This document shows positions 25,188 through 32,000 of a DNA stretch of 32,000 nucleotides, one piece after another. The DNA comes from Candidatus Thorarchaeota archaeon (GTDB taxonomy: Archaea > Asgardarchaeota > Heimdallarchaeia > Hodarchaeales > Hodarchaeaceae): the NCBI GenBank assembly GCA_048882505.1, contig JBHLRO010000001.1, forward strand, positions 360,001 to 392,000. The letters are read 5' to 3'. The notes beneath the pieces were generated by a model. That model saw only the letters and a program-made list of their open reading frames with translations. It was not told where the DNA came from and made no database searches. Numbering within the stretch: the stretch's first letter is position 1; each line of letters starts with the position of its first letter. A program made the translations under genes and the position numbers.

Positions 25188-26129
25188 ATGAGTAAATCGG
25201 AAAATGGAACCGTTTTGGAAGTTTCCGACCTTACCAAGGTTTATGGTCGTGAGATCAGTCTTGGAAGCCGTAAACTGGTTGGACAGAAGGTTGTAGGGGC
25301 CCAAAACGTCAGCTTTTCTGTGAAAAAAGGTGAAATCTTCGGATTTTTAGGACCGAATGGTGCTGGCAAGACTACCACTATGCGAGCTATTTTAGATTAC
25401 TTGAAGATCCAAAAAGGGGGTACAGTTACCATTTTCGGTCTTGACCATCATCGAGATCGACTCGCCATTCGGAGACGGATAGGCTATGTTCCTGGCGATA
25501 TGGCGTTATTCGACAATTTCACCGGCGAAGAGCTCTTGCAGTATTTCAGTAAGTTCAGACCGATCGATGAAGATTTCCTCAAAGAGCTTCGACAATTCTT
25601 TAGGGTGAAGCTAAAGAAAAAAATTAAGTCGCTCTCTACAGGCAACCGTCAGCAAGCCGGGCTAATTGCGGCAATTGCATCAAAACCAGATCTTCTGATC
25701 CTCGATGAACCAACGAGCGGACTAGACCCACTAATGACCGCAAACTTTCATAAAATTCTACGTAAACTCAGAGAAGAGGGTTTTACAATCTTTTTGAGTT
25801 CACACGATCTTGCCGAGGTTCAGGCGGTCTGTGATCGAATAGGGATTATCAAAGAGGGCAAAATGATTCTTGTAGAATCCGTTGAAGAACTCAAGACAAA
25901 ATTCCTTCAGAAAGTTACTGTGAAATTTAATGGAACAGTCACACCGTCTGAAGAAGAAATCAAGCAATTAGGTACTGTAATTTCTGTTGAAAAGAAGAAA
26001 GATACCTTTATCTTACAGATTAAGGAGAATGTTAATGAATTGATCAAATGGCTAGCTAGATACGATATAAGGCGGTTTACATGTGAGGATGCTTCGTTAG
26101 AAGAGATTTTCCTCCAGTATTACAAGTAG
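25188..26129 (+). CDS. ABC-2 type transporter ATP-binding subunit
   Basis: GPNGAGKTT Walker A, LSTGNRQQ signature, LLILDEPTSGLDP Walker B/D-loop and SSHDL H-loop. Confidence 0.95.
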   Translation: MSKSENGTVLEVSDLTKVYGREISLGSRKLVGQKVVGAQNVSFSVKKGEIFGFLGPNGAGKTTTMRAILDYLKIQKGGTVTIFGLDHHRDRLAIRRRIGYVPGDMALFDNFTGEELLQYFSKFRPIDEDFLKELRQFFRVKLKKKIKSLSTGNRQQAGLIAAIASKPDLLILDEPTSGLDPLMTANFHKILRKLREEGFTIFLSSHDLAEVQAVCDRIGIIKEGKMILVESVEELKTKFLQKVTVKFNGTVTPSEEEIKQLGTVISVEKKKDTFILQIKENVNELIKWLARYDIRRFTCEDASLEEIFLQYYK

Positions 26130-26140
26130 GTGATCAAAAA

Positions 26141-27010
26141 ATGGTACATGTTTATTTGAAGAATTTACGGAAATCTTGGGTTACTGGGATTGTCCCTCCA
26201 CTAATCATAATCGGATTTGTTGGAGTTATTGCCTTCGGATTTCCATCCATGATTGATTTAATCCTGGACAGACTAGAAACTATGAGTACACCAATATTTC
26301 AGGCAATCGTTGGTAATCTGGGTCTCGAACAACTTGGGTTTACTTGGCAAGCGACTCTTTTTATGTATACAGGAGGAACACTAAATCTTGTTGTTCTATT
26401 TCTGGCAATTTTTGTCCCTGCAAGATTGTTATCAGCGGAAGTAGATAAGAAAACACTTGACATTATGTTAAGCTATCCTATTCCTAGATGGCGGTATCTA
26501 TTTGAAAAATTCTGTGTGTTTCTTACGTACAGTCTTCTAATCCCGATTTCCATAATTGGAATGCTCATTGGTTCAACAATGGTCATGAATTCGCTCTTCC
26601 CTGAAGGATTCTCGTTTACTAATCCTACTACCCAGCTCACGGATACGCAACTGTATGAGATCGATACGAATTTAGTGGTTAATTATGCAACAGGTATCTT
26701 TCTCCTTATCTTTGCCTTGGGATCGGTCTCATTACTTGTTGCTACGATATTCTTGGAATCAAACAGGAGTCTAAGTGTAGCGGGTTTGGTTATCACGAGC
26801 CAATATTTTTTGGATAGCATGGGTGGATTGTTAGATCCTGATGGAAGTCTCGGGATTCGAATGTTGTCTTTATTCCACTACTTCCAGGTTTCGTCACTTC
26901 TTGATGGCGGAGTTCTTCCTATCTTTGATCTGATTGTGGTTGTTGGAGTGGGATTAGTCGCCCTTGTTAGTGCCCTAGTCATATTCCACAGAAGAGAATT
27001 TGCGCTTTAA
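26141..27010 (+). CDS. ABC-2 type transporter permease
   Basis: Six TM segments, EVDKKTLDIMLSYPIPRW motif; directly follows the ATPase. Confidence 0.92.
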   Translation: MVHVYLKNLRKSWVTGIVPPLIIIGFVGVIAFGFPSMIDLILDRLETMSTPIFQAIVGNLGLEQLGFTWQATLFMYTGGTLNLVVLFLAIFVPARLLSAEVDKKTLDIMLSYPIPRWRYLFEKFCVFLTYSLLIPISIIGMLIGSTMVMNSLFPEGFSFTNPTTQLTDTQLYEIDTNLVVNYATGIFLLIFALGSVSLLVATIFLESNRSLSVAGLVITSQYFLDSMGGLLDPDGSLGIRMLSLFHYFQVSSLLDGGVLPIFDLIVVVGVGLVALVSALVIFHRREFAL

Positions 27011-27020
27011 ACGTAAAAAT

Positions 27021-27050
27021 CCCTTTTTTCTCCACTCTTTTTTTTTCCTT
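27021..27050 (+). terminator. T-rich terminator after the ABC operon
   Basis: CCCTTTTTTCTCCACTCTTTTTTTTTCCTT, 10 nt after the stop. Confidence 0.65.
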
Positions 27051-27101
27051 CTTGATAACGACATCACGTGGGATCTCCCCATCCTACTTAGTTATACGAA
27101 T

Positions 27102-27350
27102 CTAACCTTGGTGACCATCTAGGAAATTTATTTTCCAGATCGTCTGCGGAGACAACGGATCTCCATCTGATATTTTGATCCGATGTATGAAAAATCCGCA
27201 ACAAGATTCTCGAATCAGAATCATGACGGGAGTAGTACTCATCCAGACATACGTACTAAACAATTTCCCGCAGCTATTCGCTCTAAGCCTATATTGACCA
27301 TTGTTAGCACCAACAGTATAAGCACTTTTGTCTGAGCTAATTTCTGGCAT
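27102..27350 (-). CDS. Possible small hypothetical protein
   Basis: 82-aa ORF co-oriented directly downstream of the hydrolase; no recognisable motif. Confidence 0.35.
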   Translation of the reverse strand: MPEISSDKSAYTVGANNGQYRLRANSCGKLFSTYVWMSTTPVMILIRESCCGFFIHRIKISDGDPLSPQTIWKINFLDGHQG

Positions 27351-27375
27351 TAGAAATTTATCGCTTTAGAAGATG

Positions 27376-28323
27376 TCAATTCATTGTTTGGTTGTTAAGC
27401 CAATCTATGATTAGATCATTGTAAAACCAATTATGACCATTGTTTAAGCTGTAAATAATTGTAAAAAATTTGTTGTAATCCTGTATAATCTCCTCTAGTA
27501 TAGATTTACTCTCCCGGGAGGGTATTATGGGATCCTTATCACCCCACAACCATAGGCCAGGGTTAGTCATATTCATAATTGACGTACGAGGATCAAAACC
27601 AGGATTTCCATCGAATGTTGCCAGTTCGGCGGAAAGGGCCTCGTGCTCAATCGATGGTATGTAACCCTCTGTGATATGTTCCCAAAAGTTTTGTACACCT
27701 ACAGAAACCGTAGCACCAGATACAATTACAGAGAAACTAGAAATATTCGATTGGGATGCAGCGAGAGGTATAATCCATCCTGCTTGGTCCCAACCTATAA
27801 AACCTATCTGCTCAGGGTTAATCTCTTGGAGATTTCTCAAGAAATAAGCTGACGCAAGCAGATCATCAGCTTGGAGCTGGATGAGATCAGCACAATTCTC
27901 TGATACCTCACCTTCTACAATGAATTGAGGGAAAAATCCCGCGGAATCACCAACTCCACGTTGGTCAGGAAAAAACAATGCGTATCCCGCCTGTTTGAAG
28001 AAATAAACGAGCATATCACGGGTACTTCGCGTTGCGTAAATTGCGCCTGGGCTAGGTACAAAAATGAGTAATGGAAATGGACCCTCTCCATCTGGCATCA
28101 CAAGTGTGCCGACAAGTCTCGTGCCACGACTACAGAATTCAATACGAGCAAGGTTGGCAATCTCTTGTATTGATGTCGGAGAGCGAGGCGCACTACATGG
28201 AAAGAGACCACCGTATCGTGCAATTGAATCGTCAATATAGAGAACCGTAATAACCGAACCACTTATAGTCAGAACTATCAAGAGGCTAATTATTATAAGG
28301 AACTTCCTGGAAACAGACATCAT
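27376..28323 (-). CDS. Membrane-anchored alpha/beta-fold hydrolase (S9/S33-like) with atypical nucleophile
   Basis: N-terminal TM, LVGTLVMPDGEGPFP, PDQRGVGDSAG, elbow IGFIGWDQAGW, WGDKDPIIP (Asp) and NNGHN (His). Confidence 0.85.
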   Translation of the reverse strand: MMSVSRKFLIIISLLIVLTISGSVITVLYIDDSIARYGGLFPCSAPRSPTSIQEIANLARIEFCSRGTRLVGTLVMPDGEGPFPLLIFVPSPGAIYATRSTRDMLVYFFKQAGYALFFPDQRGVGDSAGFFPQFIVEGEVSENCADLIQLQADDLLASAYFLRNLQEINPEQIGFIGWDQAGWIIPLAASQSNISSFSVIVSGATVSVGVQNFWEHITEGYIPSIEHEALSAELATFDGNPGFDPRTSIMNMTNPGLWLWGDKDPIIPSRESKSILEEIIQDYNKFFTIIYSLNNGHNWFYNDLIIDWLNNQTMN

Positions 28324-28370
28324 TTCACATCACAGGTTCTCAATTTAGGTATAATCATCCTCAAATGATT

Positions 28371-29111
28371 TCAATAAAAACCTTCGATGAAAGACCGAAC
28401 GTTCTTCCCGAGGACATTGTGATTGTAGCCTCCTTCGAGTACTGCAAATCGATGAACTGCATCCTTTTTTAAAATCTTACCTATGGTTTGATAGTCCTCT
28501 GTGGTTAATAAACCTCCCCAGTCATCAATGTGACGATCAAAACCAGCAGATACCCCTAGAAGATCAAAATCAGGCATTTCAGTCAAAATAGCCTCAATAT
28601 TATCGAAAAATTCCTCTCGAGCGTGGCCTCGTACCCAATAATAGTGAACTTGGGAATTCTGGTTAAAGGTGTTATCTGTACCGTCTCCGAAGTGGTAATC
28701 GAAATCTATCACCACTCCATGATCAATTTTGTTCGTGATCAGCATTTTCTGCATTGCTATGGCCATATTATTGAAATAACAAAACCCCCAATATCCTTCC
28801 GGGCTGGCATGATGGCCAGGGGGACGTATGACACCGAACATGGGCCTTGCAGCAAGAGCAGACTCCGCGGCCTTAATGGCTCCACCAACACTAAGAAGCG
28901 CAACAGGAAAAACCTGGGAATCGTTTTTAACTCTCTGAAGATGAACGGGGGAGTGGACAAGCAAAATATCTTCCTCAGATGCAGGATCTGGCGAGATTAG
29001 CTCGAAATCTTCCATTTCTGCTATTATCGCCTCCATCCGTCCAGGTTCAGAAGCGGGATCTCCCGAGTAGTCCTTGTAGAATCTTTCCGAAAATACGATC
29101 TGTTTAAGCAC
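28371..29111 (-). CDS. Zn-dependent histone deacetylase-family protein (AcuC/AphA-like)
   Basis: RPPGHHA, GFCYFNNMAIA, IDFDYHFGDGT, SAGFD and LEGGY motifs. Confidence 0.95.
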   Translation of the reverse strand: MLKQIVFSERFYKDYSGDPASEPGRMEAIIAEMEDFELISPDPASEEDILLVHSPVHLQRVKNDSQVFPVALLSVGGAIKAAESALAARPMFGVIRPPGHHASPEGYWGFCYFNNMAIAMQKMLITNKIDHGVVIDFDYHFGDGTDNTFNQNSQVHYYWVRGHAREEFFDNIEAILTEMPDFDLLGVSAGFDRHIDDWGGLLTTEDYQTIGKILKKDAVHRFAVLEGGYNHNVLGKNVRSFIEGFY

Positions 29112-29247
29112 AATAAACCCTCATTTTCTTCACATACTTATTGCCAATTATAATACCTATAACGGGATGTAGATCGACGCCTGTTTAATATTCTTATAAT
29201 CCAAGGAAAAGTGCCTTCTATTGACCTAGATTCCTATAACGCAGATC

Positions 29248-29805
29248 TTGTCAAGTTTGGAGATTGCCTTGGTGTCTTATCCTAAGCAAATGGCTGCTCA
29301 TTTCATAGGAGTGGGGGGCGTTGTTATAAATGATGGCAAAGTATTGCTTGTAAAGTTAACGTACGGACCGGCCCAAGGGAAATGGTTGATTCCAGGAGGG
29401 ATGGTTGATCCTGGAGAAACCCTCGGCGAAGCAGTTAGACGCGAGGTTGAAGAAGAAACGGGAATGGTTGTTGAACCCGTCGGAATTTTAAGTGTAAGAA
29501 GCATGGTACGGACGGGGGATGGATTGACCGATTTATACTGTATTTTTCTTTGTGTCCTCGTTGATACTCCTGATAGTATCCCTCACGCAAACGATGGAGT
29601 GGAAATTACGGAAGTGGCTTGGTTTCCATTGGACCGTTTAGAACGTGATAAGTTGGTAACAGGATATACCAAAAAGATTGTTAAGGCCGCGCAACGTCAA
29701 TCCTTCCTTGTTCCAGGTCGACAAAGGTCCAAAGATGAGTTAAGAGCAGGAAATTTAGAAAAGTACGAGGATTTCTGGTTACAAGATCATATTGGGAAGA
29801 TATAA
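29248..29805 (+). CDS. Nudix hydrolase
   Basis: Nudix box GGMVDPGETLGEAVRREVEEETG. Confidence 0.92.
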   Translation: MSSLEIALVSYPKQMAAHFIGVGGVVINDGKVLLVKLTYGPAQGKWLIPGGMVDPGETLGEAVRREVEEETGMVVEPVGILSVRSMVRTGDGLTDLYCIFLCVLVDTPDSIPHANDGVEITEVAWFPLDRLERDKLVTGYTKKIVKAAQRQSFLVPGRQRSKDELRAGNLEKYEDFWLQDHIGKI

Positions 29806-29826
29806 CAAGAGGATGTAAATTTGGCT

Positions 29827-30795
29827 TTACGTTGCAGGTTCTTCGACGGAGAGAATCACTAAAACAATTGAGGAAATGAGCGCAAAACCTCCAAAGAGAT
29901 ACCATGGCGTAATTGGTTCTGATAAAAATACCAAACCAAGAAGAATAGCGCTGATCGGTTCCCCAAGAAGAAGGATGGATTGCCGAGAGGCTTCGACATT
30001 AAATGAATTACTTAACATGATCAAACCATAAGGTAGAATGGACCCGAAGAAAGCAAGACCTATCCCGAGGACAAGAAAATCTATTGACAACAAAGTATTG
30101 ATAGAAAATGTGCTCAGTTCGGGAGGTAAGGGAAGAAGGAACTGTAAGAGAAGGAGAGGAAGACTTGCTATAAACCCCCATATAAGAACCCATGATATTG
30201 ACAGAGCAGGAGGTATATTTCGACGGGATTCGCTCGTATAAGCACCCACAAGAAGGTATAGAGCGTACACAGATCCATTGAACACAGCCAATAAATCGCC
30301 GCCAAATGAGGAAAGAAATGAATCCCACTCCCAAGGACGGGTTAACACTACAATTCCTGTGAATGCCAACCCAAGAGCAAGTAGCTTTGATCTCGTCATC
30401 CTTTCTTTTAATAATAAAGTTCCAAGTAATAGAGTAACAAATGGATGGACTTGTACAAGGAGGGCAGCTTCTCCGATTGGGGTTTTTAAGGCAATTGCAC
30501 TAAGATAGGCCACAATGCTAAGTGTGAATAGAAAACCTTGAATGATATAAGGGATCTGATATTGTAGACTAGTAAAAACTATACCTCGATTACGGATCAA
30601 AGAAATAAGAAGGAAAGAACCCCCCCAAATTGCTCCAATGAATAAACGTATAAAGGTTTGTTCTACACTGGAGGCTCCTATGTCTCGCAATAAAGCTGAG
30701 AATACTGGAATCGATCCAAACGTAAACCCAGCTAGTACTGCCACGAAGTACCCAGGTAACCTGCTTTGTGATACCATGTGAATCACTGCAATCAA
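29827..30795 (-). CDS. EamA/DMT-family transporter
   Basis: Ten TM segments in two repeats; LLKERMTRSKLLALGLAFTGI and GEPISAILLGLVFLSEPIT. Confidence 0.9.
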   Translation of the reverse strand: MIAVIHMVSQSRLPGYFVAVLAGFTFGSIPVFSALLRDIGASSVEQTFIRLFIGAIWGGSFLLISLIRNRGIVFTSLQYQIPYIIQGFLFTLSIVAYLSAIALKTPIGEAALLVQVHPFVTLLLGTLLLKERMTRSKLLALGLAFTGIVVLTRPWEWDSFLSSFGGDLLAVFNGSVYALYLLVGAYTSESRRNIPPALSISWVLIWGFIASLPLLLLQFLLPLPPELSTFSINTLLSIDFLVLGIGLAFFGSILPYGLIMLSNSFNVEASRQSILLLGEPISAILLGLVFLSEPITPWYLFGGFALISSIVLVILSVEEPAT

Positions 30796-30801
30796 TAACG
30801 G

Positions 30802-31284
30802 CTATTCAGTTGCATTTGGGGGTGGCAAGCGCCTCATCATTTCGTTATCCATAGCAGAATAACCCATTTTTTCATAAACTGCGCGAGCTATTTCGGTAGT
30901 GTGCAAAGATGTCAAAGAAACTTGTTGTTGTTTGAGAAAGTCATGAATTTTTTCTAGCAACTTCATGGCGAGCCCTTGGTTTCTCCACTCCTTGCGAGTA
31001 TACATATTCATAACGTATGCTTCTCTGCCAGAAGGATTCTGTGGAGAAGGAGGTTTTTGGAGGAAAATTAGCCCGCTTGATGCGACTATCAGGTTGTCTG
31101 AAAATGCGACCCAAGAAAGGAATTTTCCAGAAGGAATGTTTGTACGAAAGAATGATCTTAAAGAGTTCCTGAGTAATTGCTCGTCCTTTCTGGATGGAAT
31201 TGCGTTCATTTCGTAAAACAGTTGAACACGAAGCTCTACGAGCTCTGAAATATCTTCAATGCCTGCTCGTCGAATAATAATCAT
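30802..31284 (-). CDS. GNAT-family N-acetyltransferase
   Basis: AYVMNMYTRKEWRNQGLA acetyl-CoA motif A; LHTTEIARAVYEKMGY. Confidence 0.92.
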   Translation of the reverse strand: MIIIRRAGIEDISELVELRVQLFYEMNAIPSRKDEQLLRNSLRSFFRTNIPSGKFLSWVAFSDNLIVASSGLIFLQKPPSPQNPSGREAYVMNMYTRKEWRNQGLAMKLLEKIHDFLKQQQVSLTSLHTTEIARAVYEKMGYSAMDNEMMRRLPPPNATE

Positions 31285-31449
31285 AATAGATCTCTTCTCT
31301 GGAGCACCAATGGTAATTCTGATTACTAGACAGCAGAAATACCAAACAAATTTAGATGATACCTCAGTTGGCGTAGGGTAAAAAAAACTTCAGAAGCGCT
31401 ATCTAACTTACATCTTTTTAATTTATTATCAGAATTATTTCATAGCAAA

Positions 31450-32000
31450 GTGTCTAACCATAAGAGTGTAATTGAAAAGCGGAGCTACCAAACCCAGATC
31501 CTAAAACGGCTTCGGGATAATTTTGACCACGATCCCAAACAACACACCATTGCTGAGATAGACACCGGGATGGGGAAGCGTGTTCTAATGTACCTTCTGA
31601 TGAAAGAGACCCTTCCCTCTCAACGCACGCTCTTATTACTTCATTCAACCACCAGCTTCTCAGAGACGATTCATTACTTCAATGAAGAATATGGGGGTTT
31701 TCCCGAAAATTCCTTCCAATATATTAGCTCTCGCACTCCAGGGTGGCTTAGGAAAAAAATCCTCTTAGACGATAAGTCACGCATAATTGCGGCAACGCCT
31801 CAAGCGTTCGCCAACGCCTTCGATAAGCTTTCAGGCTCAGAAAAACCAACATTCGACGTTGTCATCATCAACGAGATTGATAAGATTGTCAGACGACAAG
31901 GCGATTCTCGCCTCCTGATTTTTCCTTACAATTCTCTGATCCCTTATTTCATCGAGACAGGCAGTTGGATTCTGGGAATGACAGGGACAATACGAGACAC
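31450..32000 (+). CDS. SF2 helicase (Hef/FANCM-like N-terminus), partial, runs off the window; not in the ORF track
   Basis: Hand translation from GTG 31450: Q-motif EKRSYQ, motif I DTGMGKR, Ib ATPQ, II IINEID, III GMTGT. No stop before 32000. Confidence 0.8.
   Translation, partial: MSNHKSVIEKRSYQTQILKRLRDNFDHDPKQHTIAEIDTGMGKRVLMYLLMKETLPSQRTLLLLHSTTSFSETIHYFNEEYGGFPENSFQYISSRTPGWLRKKILLDDKSRIIAATPQAFANAFDKLSGSEKPTFDVVIINEIDKIVRRQGDSRLLIFPYNSLIPYFIETGSWILGMTGTIRD

Noticed and set aside
743-31648. Shadow ORFs in the track (e.g. 743..925, 1478..1822, 2228..2617, 3201..3392, 7184..7393, 9133..9420, 13338..13646, 15375..15719, 17945..18199, 19623..20087, 20773..21099, 22466..22690, 28623..29000, 30008..30334, 30965..31216, 31454..31648)
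   Set aside because: They are antisense or out-of-frame overlaps of longer genes with recognisable motifs and have no independent signals.
1-32000. tRNA, rRNA, CRISPR array, integrase/transposase
   Set aside because: No T-loop/cloverleaf, rRNA signature, regularly spaced repeat, or tyrosine/serine recombinase or DDE motif was recognised by eye. tRNAscan-SE and HMM searches would be decisive.

Overview
This 32-kb window is most likely archaeal, probably an Asgard archaeon (Heimdallarchaeia/Hodarchaeales-like). That is inferred from archaeal TATA boxes and T-run terminators, Asgard-style 'IDLxxLxxCxxL' LRRs, a tandem GbsR regulator and a Thr-linker/TM tail. It has three parts. (1) 0.3-5.8 kb is a host block: TerB, an NTF2/SnoaL protein, DUF1295 plus a PlsC acyltransferase converging on an intact heliorhodopsin, and a duplicated GbsR/MarR regulator. 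(2) About 5.9-24.7 kb is an ORFan-rich island with patchy GC and no visible integrase, tRNA or att site. It encodes an ATPase-less Cdc48 N-domain protein divergent from an ERCC4/XPF-type nuclease, a CPBP protease, and an LRR-HEPN(Rx4H) protein that seems joined to its upstream ORF by a +1 shift at an A7 run. It also encodes two Cys-cluster proteins sharing a C-terminal helix, a stand-alone NYN RNase, and a 1420-aa LamG protein with a toxin/translocator-like hydrophobic C-terminus, tail-to-tail with a membrane protein. (3) 25-32 kb is a host block: an ABC-2 exporter, an alpha/beta hydrolase with Ser-to-Asp at the nucleophile, HDAC, Nudix, EamA, GNAT and a partial Hef-like SF2 helicase with degenerate Walker motifs. 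The best candidate for a new system is the (ORF)-LRR-HEPN sensor-effector in the island, followed by the Cdc48-N/ERCC4 pair and the giant LamG protein locus. No rRNA, tRNA or CRISPR array was seen. All family calls come from motif recognition by eye; no searches were run.
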